Assembly: GCA_044222185.1 (NCBI GenBank)
Contig: JBGANV010000008.1
Location: 160,001-224,000 of the forward strand
DNA from: Planctomycetota bacterium
GTDB taxonomy: Bacteria; Planctomycetota; GCA-002687715; CAIWVZ01
Reading direction: 5' to 3'
Length of the DNA: 64,000 nt
Shown: positions 40,703-49,979 of the stretch, one piece after another
How positions within the stretch are numbered: position 1 is the first letter of the stretch
Layout of the letters: the number at the start of each line of letters is the position of its first letter
Translations under genes and position numbers: made by a program
The notes under the pieces: generated by a model
Seen by the model: the letters and a program-made list of their open reading frames with translations, nothing else
Told to the model about the DNA's origin: nothing
Databases searched by the model: none

Positions 40703-43648
40703 ATGGAAGTCACGACAGCGATTCGACTGACCGTTGCAGGCGTCGCCCTCGGTCTTTGCTGCGTTGCAACCCGCGCGCAGGCATCTCCCCCCGTCGAAGG
40801 CGACCGTCCGGGGACGACTTCGGCGGCTCGCATCATCCCGTTTCCAGGCCTGGGGTTGGACGTCACCCGCACGAAGACGGTCGACGCCCGATCGGGTGAG
40901 GTACGCGTCGTCTGGCGCGACCAGCTCGGGCGCGTGTGGCGATACGCGGACCTGGTCCAAGGTGAGCGCGACGCCCGCGCGGCCCAGCCCCGATTGAAGT
41001 TGCATGCCGATCTACGCGCGGAGATCGACCGCGACCCGCGCACCGTGCGGAACGTGATCGCCTGGCTCGCGTGCGACACGCAGCGGCTCGACGCGTACGC
41101 GGCGCAAGCCCACGCGACGAGCGATCCTCCGGACGGTGACGCCCGCATACTCGAAGCGATCGAGAAGCGCATCGAAGACGATCTCCGCGACGAGATGTCG
41201 CGCACGACGGCCCCGTTCGCCGCGCGCCTCGAGGCCGCGGGGCTCCGCGTCCGGAGCGTCGCCAGCACGGCCCCCGTCGTGTTCTTCGACGCGACGGGAC
41301 CGGCCGTCCTGTCCATCGCCGCCATGCCGGAGGTCGACGCCCTCTATCTCGAGACCGCTGCACGCGCCGACGCGGACGAGAGCTCGAACGCAACGCACCG
41401 GGTCGCGCGCGTGCACCGCCACGGAGTTCGCGGCGGCGCGCTCCGCGTTGCGGTTCTCGAAGACAACGGCATCTCGCAAGCCTGCCCGTACCTCACCGTC
41501 GATCAGTGGTCCGACCCGTTCAACATCGTGCCGGACCAACACGTCCATGCGACGGCGGGCTGCCTCGCGTCGCGCCTTCCGCAACGGATCGGCGTGGCGC
41601 CGGACGTGACGCTCTTCTGCGCGAACGCCGCGAGCTACTCGGACTCGGACCTGGCGGTGGCCAACGGATGGGCCGTCACGTACGGCGCCCAGGTCATCAA
41701 CATGTCGTTCGCCGGAACCAACCCCACGGGGACGCTGAACTACCTCGACCGGTACTTCGACTTCCAAGCGCGCTACGCCAACGACTCCTACGTCGCCGCC
41801 GCGGGGAACGACGGCATCGGCCACCATGTGAGCTGGCCCGGTTGGAACGTCATCTCCGTGGGCAGCCATTCGGACGGCAACACGGCCGACTGGTCCGACG
41901 ACGCCATGAGTTCGTTCTCCAACACGGGTGACAGCGCCACCGGGTGTCGCAAGCCGACTCTCGTCGCCGTGGGGAGCGACGTCGACACTCTCGGACTCGG
42001 ACCCACGTGGCTGGCCGACGGACTCAACGGGACGAGTTTCTCCGCGCCGGCGTGCTCGGGAACCATGGCCGATGCCCTGATGGTGAATGGCTGGCTCGCC
42101 GCGTATTCGCCGGCGGCGCTGGCGCTGGTGATGGCGACCGCGTGGCACAACGTCGAAGGTGTCGGTCGGTACTCGGACCTGGATGGGGCCGGCGGAATGA
42201 ACACGTTCGCGGCCTATCGTTGCGCCGCCACCAACTCGATCGCCTACGGGCAGCTCACGGCTGCGAACTTCAACAGCCCGGCGGCGACCTACATCCGCAA
42301 CATCATGCTTCGTGGCGGCGACAAGACGCGCATCGCGATCGCGTGGTACTCCGACGGGGACTCGAGCTACACGACGACGGCACTCCAGACCGACCTGGAC
42401 CTTCGCGTGTTCGCCGGCCAGAACCAGTCCGCTGGCGTCGCCCTCGCCTCGTCGTCCTCCTTCGACGACAACTTCGAGATCGTCGAGTTCACGCCGCCCG
42501 TGACGGGCTGGTACTCGGTGAACATCAGCGCACCCACGCTCCTCGCCGGCCACGAGGTCTACGGCCTCGCCTACTCGCAAAAGACGCGCGACACGTCGTC
42601 GTTCACGCTCCGTGCGCGAACGGTCGAGAACTCGCCGCTTGCGGGTCCGACGGTCGGCAACGGCTCCTACTTCATGGATTTCCAGGCCCCGGGAAGCCCG
42701 TCGGCCAGCTGGTTCTCCGTCCCCAGCGGAACCCTCGGCGACGGCTTTCCGATCTCGCCCGAGACCTGGTGCCCCGTGGCATTCGACGGTGTGACGTCGG
42801 TGTTCTTCAACCAGATCGGCATCCCCGGCGGAATTTGGAGCGGATACTCGGGCACGCTCGACGCCGCGGGCGTGGGAACGACCAACCAGGTCTCGATCCC
42901 GGCGATCCCGGGAATCGCGGGGCTGACGATCTACCACGTGGGTTTCACGCTGGCGCCAGGCTCGCCGGACGGGATCAAGGAGATCTCCGAGGTACACGCC
43001 GCCAAGCTGTGGCCCGCAGGCGTCGACCACCCGCTGGCGGACGACGGATCGTTCCAGCAGGTGCTTCCCTTCCCGTTCCGGTTCTTCGGTGTGAACTACA
43101 CCTCCGTCTTCGTGAACGCCAACGGCAACCTCACGTTTGGCGTCGCGGACGCGAGCGCGTCACAGAGCCCGGCTGCGCTCCTCGCCGGCCGGCCGCGAAT
43201 CGCGGCGCTCTGGCGCGACCTCGATCCGTCGACTGCAGGCGCGGAAGGTGCGCCGGCCATTCGCGTGCGCGTCGTCGCACCCGCCGATCCCGAGGTCGTC
43301 ATCGAGTGGACGTCGGTGCCCCGCTTCGGCGTCACGGATGCGAACACCTTCCGGGTGACGCTGCGACCCGACAACTCGATCAAGATCGAGTACCTCGACT
43401 GCGGAGCGACGGACGGCATCGTGGGTGTGGCGCCGGGGTACGGGATTGCGGCGACGGCGCCCATCGACCTGACGCTCCACGGAAACGGCACCTGGTACGC
43501 GGGGCCGAACGAGGCGTATTTCGAGTCGTTCACCGCCGCGAACCCATTGGACCTCGCCAGCACGAACGGCTACTGGAACGAGATCCGCTTCGTCCCCTAC
43601 GACGCCCTCGCCAACAACTACCACGTGTACTTGGACGTGACCCGGTGA
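40703..43648 (+). CDS. Secreted S8 (subtilisin-like) serine peptidase with internal shared domain and C-terminal NIDO-like domain
   Basis: AAGGAG RBS and signal peptide. Motifs VAVLEDNG, QHVHATAG, VINMSF, AAAGNDG, KPTLVAVG and NGTSFSAP. P-domain-like DLDL...DDNFEIVEF, then LPFPFRFFGVNYTSVFVNANGNLTFG. Confidence 0.88.
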   Translation: MEVTTAIRLTVAGVALGLCCVATRAQASPPVEGDRPGTTSAARIIPFPGLGLDVTRTKTVDARSGEVRVVWRDQLGRVWRYADLVQGERDARAAQPRLKLHADLRAEIDRDPRTVRNVIAWLACDTQRLDAYAAQAHATSDPPDGDARILEAIEKRIEDDLRDEMSRTTAPFAARLEAAGLRVRSVASTAPVVFFDATGPAVLSIAAMPEVDALYLETAARADADESSNATHRVARVHRHGVRGGALRVAVLEDNGISQACPYLTVDQWSDPFNIVPDQHVHATAGCLASRLPQRIGVAPDVTLFCANAASYSDSDLAVANGWAVTYGAQVINMSFAGTNPTGTLNYLDRYFDFQARYANDSYVAAAGNDGIGHHVSWPGWNVISVGSHSDGNTADWSDDAMSSFSNTGDSATGCRKPTLVAVGSDVDTLGLGPTWLADGLNGTSFSAPACSGTMADALMVNGWLAAYSPAALALVMATAWHNVEGVGRYSDLDGAGGMNTFAAYRCAATNSIAYGQLTAANFNSPAATYIRNIMLRGGDKTRIAIAWYSDGDSSYTTTALQTDLDLRVFAGQNQSAGVALASSSSFDDNFEIVEFTPPVTGWYSVNISAPTLLAGHEVYGLAYSQKTRDTSSFTLRARTVENSPLAGPTVGNGSYFMDFQAPGSPSASWFSVPSGTLGDGFPISPETWCPVAFDGVTSVFFNQIGIPGGIWSGYSGTLDAAGVGTTNQVSIPAIPGIAGLTIYHVGFTLAPGSPDGIKEISEVHAAKLWPAGVDHPLADDGSFQQVLPFPFRFFGVNYTSVFVNANGNLTFGVADASASQSPAALLAGRPRIAALWRDLDPSTAGAEGAPAIRVRVVAPADPEVVIEWTSVPRFGVTDANTFRVTLRPDNSIKIEYLDCGATDGIVGVAPGYGIAATAPIDLTLHGNGTWYAGPNEAYFESFTAANPLDLASTNGYWNEIRFVPYDALANNYHVYLDVTR

Positions 43649-43701
43649 GTCGCGTGCCCGGCTGAAGCAGCCATCGAACGGACGAGGAGTAGACTCCGGC
43701 C

Positions 43702-46254
43702 ATGGAACGCGGCGAAACGTCACACGAGCCACGAATCGGCGGAGCCTCGCCTCCTCCCGGCGAGGAGGCGGTTCTCGCCGAGTTCCTCGACGTCTACGCG
43801 ACGGACGCCGCGCGCGGCGCGACGCGTACGCTCGAGGAGTACCAGGGCATGTTCCGCGGCTTCGAGGACGCCGTGGCGCGCAGCTTCGAACGACTCCGCG
43901 CGCCGTCGGCGGAACGGCACGAGGAGCCGGAGCGGATCGGCCGCTTCCGCCTGCTGTCCGAGCTGGGCCGCGGAGGCCAAGGCGTCGTCTACCTCGCGGA
44001 GGACGAGCGTCTCGGCCGGCGCGTGGCGCTCAAGGTCATTCGCGGGATCGGCGCGTTCCGCCCCGAAGTCCTCGCGCGGTTCGAGCGCGAGGCCGCGATC
44101 GCGTCGCGTCTGGACCACCCGGGGATCTGCACGGTGCACGAGGCCGGCCAGTCCGGGTCGACCGCGTGGATCGCCATGCGGTACGTGCCCGGGACGACGC
44201 TCGCATCGGTTCTGCGTTCCCAGGCCGGCCGCCCGGACGCCGGGCGGATCGACGCGTTCACAGAGATCGTCGAACGTGCTGCACGCGCACTCCATGCGGC
44301 ACACGAAGCTGGAATCATCCATCGCGACATCAAACCGGCGAACGTCATGCTCGCGCCCGACGGCGCGCCCGTGCTTCTCGACTTCGGCGTCGCACACGAG
44401 TTGCGCGAGGACGCCCACGAGGGGCTGACCGTGACTGGAGACCTGCTCGGAACGCCGGCCTACCTGTCGCCCGAGCAGATCGACCCGGCGCGCGGCCCCA
44501 TCGACCGCCGGTCGGACGTGTGGGCGCTCGGCGTCACGTTGTTCGAGGCGACGACAGGCGCTCGGCCGTTCGACTCCCCGACGCGCGATGGAATGGTGCG
44601 AGCGATCCTCGATCGGGAGATTCCCGATCCCAGGCGCGTGAACCCGGCAATCTCGCGGGATCTTCGCGCCGTGCTCGCGACCGCGATCGAGAAAGATCCG
44701 CGGCGCCGGTACGCGACGGCGGCCGATCTCGCCGACGACCTCGCGCGGTTGCGCGCGCGGCAGCCCGTGCGGGCGCGACCCGCGGGCGTGCTCGTCCGGA
44801 CGCGGCGCTTCTGCCAGCGCGAGCCGCTGGTCGCATGGAGCCTCGCCGTGGCGTTCGTCGGGTTGGCAGTAGGGCTCGTCATCGCGCTGGGTTCGCTCGC
44901 GAACGCGCAGCGGCAGCGTGATGCGACGGAGACTGCGCTGCGCGCCTACGACCAGTTGGCGGACGTCGTCGTCGTCGCCGATCTGCTCGCGACCGTGGAC
45001 GATCTCTGGCCACGGCGCCCGGAGAAGCTCGTCGCCATCCGGGAATGGGTCGCCTCGGCGCGCGAGGTCCTCGCTCGCCGCGAGATGCATCGGCAGGCAT
45101 TGTCCCTGCTCGGTGCTCGCCGCGACGGCGATGCCGTTGACGCACGCGTGCGGTGGCGCCGCTCGATCCTCGAAACGTTGATGTCCGATCTGGGGCGCCT
45201 GGAGACGGCGGTTGCCGACGTGGCGAAGAGGGAGGCGATCGCGTCCGACGTCGTCCGTCGCACCATCACCGAGCACGAAGCGCGATGGCGCGAGTGCATC
45301 GACCAGCTCGGCGGCGATCCCCGGTTCGCTCACGTCCATCTGGAGCCACGGCCCGGATTGATTCCGCTTGGTCGCAACCAGGACTCGGGGAACTGGGAAT
45401 TCTGGCTCGCGGAGAGCGGTGATGCGCCAGCCGTCAACACGTCGGATTCCGTGAAGCGCGCGGTCGTCGGCGACGCGACGGGGCTCGTCTTCGTCCTCCT
45501 TCCCGGTGGATCGTTCACCATGGGCGCACAGGCCGTGGATCCGGACGCACCGACGTTCGACCCCGCCGCCCGATCGGACGAAGCGGTCGCGACCGTGATG
45601 CTCGATCCATTCTTCATCTCGAAGTTCGAGATGACGCAGGGACAGTGGCTCACGATCGCGGGCACGAACCCCTCGACCTACTCGCCGGAGCGCGTGCTCT
45701 ACGGCGCACCGGCCACGCTCGCTCACCCGGTCGAACAGGTGGACTTCAACACCGCGCGGAAGGTCCTCCGCAGGCTCGACCTCGACCTCCCGACGGAAGC
45801 ACAGTGGGAATACGCCTGCCGCGCGGGCACGAACACGGCCTGGTCGACGGGCCACGACGTCCATGCGCTCGCGGGCGCGGCGAACCTGGCCGACTCGGCG
45901 TTCAAGCGTGCGCAATCAGGCGATCCCGCCACGGGCGTGGAGCTCTGGTTGGATGACCGATATCCATGTCACGCGCCGGTCGGCACGTTCGCGCCCAATC
46001 CGCTCGGCCTTCACGACATGCACGGCAACGTCCTCGAGTGGTGTCTCGACGCGTACGTTCCGGCGCCGCACGCACCGAGGCCCGGCGACGGTCTTCGAGA
46101 GGCCGGCGAGGGTCCCACGGGTGTTGCTCGCGGCGGCAGTTTCTACACCGACGCCGCCGTCGCACGGTCCGCGGCCCGGTTCGCGCCGCGCCGGTCGAAT
46201 GCCGCGATCTATCTGGGAGTCCGGCCCGTCATGGCGGCTCGCCTCACGCGCTGA
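43702..46254 (+). CDS. Hanks-type Ser/Thr kinase - TM - FGE-sulfatase (CLec-fold) sensor, paralog of 31139-33889
   Basis: LGRGGQGVV, VALK, HRDIKPAN, DFG and GTPAYLSPEQ. TM helix LVAWSLAVAFVGLAVGLVIAL. FGE motifs are FISKFEMTQGQW, LPTEAQWEYACRAG, GLHDMHGNVLEWC and RGGSF...GVRP. Confidence 0.93.
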   Translation: MERGETSHEPRIGGASPPPGEEAVLAEFLDVYATDAARGATRTLEEYQGMFRGFEDAVARSFERLRAPSAERHEEPERIGRFRLLSELGRGGQGVVYLAEDERLGRRVALKVIRGIGAFRPEVLARFEREAAIASRLDHPGICTVHEAGQSGSTAWIAMRYVPGTTLASVLRSQAGRPDAGRIDAFTEIVERAARALHAAHEAGIIHRDIKPANVMLAPDGAPVLLDFGVAHELREDAHEGLTVTGDLLGTPAYLSPEQIDPARGPIDRRSDVWALGVTLFEATTGARPFDSPTRDGMVRAILDREIPDPRRVNPAISRDLRAVLATAIEKDPRRRYATAADLADDLARLRARQPVRARPAGVLVRTRRFCQREPLVAWSLAVAFVGLAVGLVIALGSLANAQRQRDATETALRAYDQLADVVVVADLLATVDDLWPRRPEKLVAIREWVASAREVLARREMHRQALSLLGARRDGDAVDARVRWRRSILETLMSDLGRLETAVADVAKREAIASDVVRRTITEHEARWRECIDQLGGDPRFAHVHLEPRPGLIPLGRNQDSGNWEFWLAESGDAPAVNTSDSVKRAVVGDATGLVFVLLPGGSFTMGAQAVDPDAPTFDPAARSDEAVATVMLDPFFISKFEMTQGQWLTIAGTNPSTYSPERVLYGAPATLAHPVEQVDFNTARKVLRRLDLDLPTEAQWEYACRAGTNTAWSTGHDVHALAGAANLADSAFKRAQSGDPATGVELWLDDRYPCHAPVGTFAPNPLGLHDMHGNVLEWCLDAYVPAPHAPRPGDGLREAGEGPTGVARGGSFYTDAAVARSAARFAPRRSNAAIYLGVRPVMAARLTR

Positions 46255-46278
46255 CGCAGGAAGCGCGCCCCGGCTTCG

Positions 46279-46953
46279 TCACGCGTCCGACAGCTCGTCG
46301 ATGAACGACGGCGGCAGACAGTCGCGCAGCTCCGCGAGGGCGCGCGCGTACCGCATGCGCAGGGTGCCTTCATCGACGCCGAGCTTGCTCGCGGCGACGG
46401 CGTAGGGCATCTCTTCGATGGCCCGCAGGATGAGGATCTCGCGATGAGCCGGGGTGAGCGCCAGCAGCATCGCGTCGATCCGACCGACGGACTCGCGCCG
46501 CATGCACTGCGTGACGACGCCAGCGACATCGGCCGTGATCTCGCGGCTGTCGCCCCTCTCCTCCGCGTTCGAACCTCCCAATTCCACCACGCCCGGTTTC
46601 CCAGCCACGTGCTTCTCGATGAGGTGCTGATAGCTGCGCAGGAGTATGGTTCCGAGGAAGCGGAGCAGCACCGGCGTGAAGCGGCCCTCGCGCGCGACGA
46701 TGTTGCCGAGCTTCGGCAACGCGGCCGCCCACACCTTCTGCACGAGGTCTTCGGGGTCGTAGAGACCCTGCAGATGTCGGCTCAGTCGGTATCGTGCCTG
46801 CGTCATGAGGAGCGGCGTGAAGTGTTCGACGATCCACTCGAGACTGACGCGCTCGCCCTCGATCGCACGCCGGACGTGCAGGCTCGTCACGTCGGAACCA
46901 CTCACGGGCGGTCGGTTCCGCGTTCGGTCGGAATCGGGAGGAACTGTGGGCAT
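46279..46953 (-). CDS. ECF RNA polymerase sigma factor (kinase-associated type)
   Basis: DPEDLVQKVW and HREILILRAIEEMPYAVAASKLGVDEGTLRMRYARALAELR. Paralog of 33929-34591. Confidence 0.9.
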   Translation of the reverse strand: MPTVPPDSDRTRNRPPVSGSDVTSLHVRRAIEGERVSLEWIVEHFTPLLMTQARYRLSRHLQGLYDPEDLVQKVWAAALPKLGNIVAREGRFTPVLLRFLGTILLRSYQHLIEKHVAGKPGVVELGGSNAEERGDSREITADVAGVVTQCMRRESVGRIDAMLLALTPAHREILILRAIEEMPYAVAASKLGVDEGTLRMRYARALAELRDCLPPSFIDELSDA

Positions 46954-46974
46954 CGCGCATCAGCCTACTCTGAC

Positions 46975-47118
46975 GGATCGGTCGGATTGGCAGTGGCTGC
47001 ACAAGTTCCGCGAAGCGATCCACCGCCGCGACCACGCACCCCTGACGGGGGACGTCGAGATCGACGAGGCGTACGTGGGCGGGCCCGAGCCGGGCGTTCA
47101 AGGGCGCGACCTCCGTGA
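46975..47118 (+). mobile_element. IS1595-family transposase remnant
   Basis: DWQWLHKFREAIHRRDHAPLTGDVEIDEAYVGGPEPGVQGR matches the IS1595 HTH/DDE junction (AW..LHK.R.AM...L.G.VE.DE.Y.GG). It has no start, no C-terminus and no visible inverted repeats. Confidence 0.8.
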
Positions 47119-47286
47119 GAACAAGTGTACTTCAGCTTCGGTCCGGTGCCCTCATACCTGATTGGGTCCACGCTCTACGTGCAGGCCGTCGCACTCCACA
47201 ACTCACTCCCCGGAGGCGTGGGGCTCAGCACGCACGGAAACCCCGCGCTGCCGACACCGGCCCGCCGGCTCGACTTCGTGCCCTAG
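47119..47286 (+). pseudogene. 3' remnant of a secreted-protein gene (shared C-terminal domain only)
   Basis: The frame reads VYFSFGPVPSYLIGSTLYVQAVALHNSLPGGVGLSTHGNPALPTPARRLDFVP*, matching the C-terminal motif of neighbouring secreted proteins. It abuts the IS fragment. Confidence 0.65.
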
Positions 47287-47411
47287 GCAGAACCGGTCGG
47301 CGATGCCGTCAGCGGCTGTCACCGGCACGACGCCAGAAAAAGCCTGTCCGGACTGCACGGCGCTCGCCAAGTGACGGAATCGGCGATTCCTCGGACACAG
47401 GAGCTAAGCAC

Positions 47412-49979
47412 ATGCGATCGACGAGCGGCCTTGTGGCTTGCGTTGCAGCCATCCTCACCATCCTGACTGACGGCATCGCAGGCGCTCAAACGCCGCGGCT
47501 ACAGGAGGTTGAAGCTGAGTTTCCCAGCGGCATCCACCCGTTCTGGAACGGGTTCACGGACATCGACGGCGACGGGGACATGGACTGCATCGCCGCGTCG
47601 TTGTTCCCCCCGACTTCCGGCGTTTGGCTGAACGACGGATCAGGGCGGTTCTCCCCTGGCCCCTTGTTCGGGGGTCATGTCGCGACGGTCATCGCCACGG
47701 GAGATCTCGACGGCGACGGACTCCCCGAAGTGGCGTTCGATATCCTCGCGAACGTCTACGTCAGCAAATTTCTCGGAGCATCGTTCGCCCCTGTCGTGAC
47801 GACACTTCCATCCCAGACCGGCACGGTTCCGAAAGCCATTTCGATCGTCGACGTCGACAACGACGGCCGCGCCGACATCGTTGCGAGCTTTGGCCCGTCC
47901 CCCACGGCCCCTGCCGTACCGACGAACCCCCAGGTCGTCTTTCACAACAATGGCAATCTCCAATTCACTGTGACCCCAGGCGCAATCCACCCTTCCATGG
48001 GCCCGCACACGCTCGTCGGGCCCGCAAACCTGAACAACGACAATTTCCCCGATCTGGTCTATGTTTCAGTCGCGAACGGTCCGCCCAGCCGAACGATTTA
48101 TTGGCTGGCCAACAACGGAGCCGGCGTTTTTCAGTCTGTCACGGGCGGCATCTCCACGGGTGCATACTTCGGTGACGAAGTCCTCCCGATGGGTGACTTC
48201 AACGGCGACGGCCTCACGGACATCGCCACAGCGGTCGGGAGCACCACGACGTCAACCGTCGTTCAACTTCGTTCGCTCACTCCGACGACATCGACATTGA
48301 TCGCCACACTGACGTGGAGCAACGGCGGGTACCCACGAGGCGTCATCGACGTCGACGGGAACGGCGTCGACGAAATCGTCCAGGGCTTCAGTGCGACGGC
48401 CCCCGGCTGCCGCATCTTCGACGTCAGCACAGGCTCCGTCGTCACCACGATGGCTGATCTGAATGCCTTCTCTGTTGCCGACTTGGACGGAGACGGTCTT
48501 CGTGACGTGCTCGCCTACAGATACTTCGACGACGCGACGTGGCGTGTGTTGATCAACCGTGGCAATGGTCAGTTCGCAGACCTCGCGAATGGGAAGACGA
48601 GCAGGCTCCCACCTCTGATCAGGCCCGGGCCTGGCAACCCGATCAGCCTGTATGACGCCGAGGGTGATGGCGACATGGACGTCATCCAAGTCCTCGGCGC
48701 GCCGTACCTCGCGACCACTGCAGCGACGCTTCTGATCGGCCGGAACGATGGAGCCGGCAACTTCACCGTCATTTCGCCACTGCCGTCCGTCACGTCTCCG
48801 CAGAATCTATACCCCGGGATGAAGCCGGGCGACTTCAACGGGGACGGACTCGTGGACATGGGGATCATTCGGACATCGTCACCCACGACTGTGATATGGC
48901 AGTCGAACTTCGCAGGCGCCTTTACGCTCGTACCCGCATCGACCGTCGCGTCGAACCCTGCCGCTCAAGCCGTCGCAGACTTCAACAACGACGGCCTCTC
49001 CGACTTCGCAATCCTCGAGACCGCCTCGCCGCCCTTTCTCAAGATCCTGACGAACGCCGGTGGAGGGGTGTTCGTGCCGGCCAGTTACACGTCGCCCTCG
49101 ATCACGAACGCCGGCGCGGATGCCGTGCTGACGGCAGATTTCAACGGCGATGGGTTCCACGATGTCCTCGTCAGCACCTACGGTGGCTCCGGTACCCGTC
49201 AGGTCGTCATCTTCGTGAACAATGCAGGGACGGGGTTCACGCCGACGGCCACGCTCGCTCCTCCCTCGTACGGGGCCTACTATTCGGTGGCCATCGGAGA
49301 TGTCGACGGAGACGGAGACTTGGACGTCCGTGTCCTCGACAACATCTATCTGAACAACGGGCAAGCGTCGTTCGTTGCTGGTCCGACGATCACCTTCAGC
49401 ACGCAGTCGATCCCGGATTGGCAACTCGCCGATCTGAACGGTGACGGGCTGGCCGACATCTACTCTCGTCGCGTCTGGCACCCGGCGACTGGAGGTGGGA
49501 CTTTCGGATCGAGTCAGCCGATTCGCCCCGCGGCCGGATTCGGGTACCAGGGTTCCCAGACCGACATCTTCCTGGCGGCCGACCTCGACCGCGACGGCGA
49601 CGTCGATCTGGTCGCCTCCGAAACCGGAGCGGTGATCACCAACATGTCGCGTCATCTTGGACGAGGGGCGATGCCGCGGCTCGGCCGTACCGCGACGCTC
49701 GAGCTTGCGGGTCCGCCGTCCACAGCCTGGCAGCTCTTCGCCGCCGCATCCTTGCTGCCGGCGCCGGTGACGGTCGCACCGTGGGGCGCAGTGGGCATCG
49801 ACCTCGCATCCGTGATCGCGGTGATTCCGGGCTCGTTCGACGCATCGGGCCATGCGACGGTCTACGTGCCCGTCCCGCAGAACCCGTCCCTGATCGGGAT
49901 TGCCGTTCATTGGCAGGCAGCGATCCCGTCGATCCAACGTGTCACACCTCGCGAGACGACGAGCGTGCTTCCGTTCTGA
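47412..49979 (+). CDS. Secreted FG-GAP/VCBS repeat protein with the shared C-terminal domain
   Basis: AGGAG RBS and signal peptide ending AGA|Q. More than 12 DxDGDGxxD / DFNGDG repeats. Ends VPVPQNPSLIGIAVHWQAAIPSIQRVTPRETTSVLPF. Confidence 0.92.
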   Translation: MRSTSGLVACVAAILTILTDGIAGAQTPRLQEVEAEFPSGIHPFWNGFTDIDGDGDMDCIAASLFPPTSGVWLNDGSGRFSPGPLFGGHVATVIATGDLDGDGLPEVAFDILANVYVSKFLGASFAPVVTTLPSQTGTVPKAISIVDVDNDGRADIVASFGPSPTAPAVPTNPQVVFHNNGNLQFTVTPGAIHPSMGPHTLVGPANLNNDNFPDLVYVSVANGPPSRTIYWLANNGAGVFQSVTGGISTGAYFGDEVLPMGDFNGDGLTDIATAVGSTTTSTVVQLRSLTPTTSTLIATLTWSNGGYPRGVIDVDGNGVDEIVQGFSATAPGCRIFDVSTGSVVTTMADLNAFSVADLDGDGLRDVLAYRYFDDATWRVLINRGNGQFADLANGKTSRLPPLIRPGPGNPISLYDAEGDGDMDVIQVLGAPYLATTAATLLIGRNDGAGNFTVISPLPSVTSPQNLYPGMKPGDFNGDGLVDMGIIRTSSPTTVIWQSNFAGAFTLVPASTVASNPAAQAVADFNNDGLSDFAILETASPPFLKILTNAGGGVFVPASYTSPSITNAGADAVLTADFNGDGFHDVLVSTYGGSGTRQVVIFVNNAGTGFTPTATLAPPSYGAYYSVAIGDVDGDGDLDVRVLDNIYLNNGQASFVAGPTITFSTQSIPDWQLADLNGDGLADIYSRRVWHPATGGGTFGSSQPIRPAAGFGYQGSQTDIFLAADLDRDGDVDLVASETGAVITNMSRHLGRGAMPRLGRTATLELAGPPSTAWQLFAAASLLPAPVTVAPWGAVGIDLASVIAVIPGSFDASGHATVYVPVPQNPSLIGIAVHWQAAIPSIQRVTPRETTSVLPF

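Noticed and set aside
31139-46254. FGE domains as formylglycine-generating enzymes, or a complete DGR in the window
   Set aside because: The catalytic Cys pair after RGGS is absent and there is no sulfatase nearby. No reverse transcriptase or template repeat is visible.
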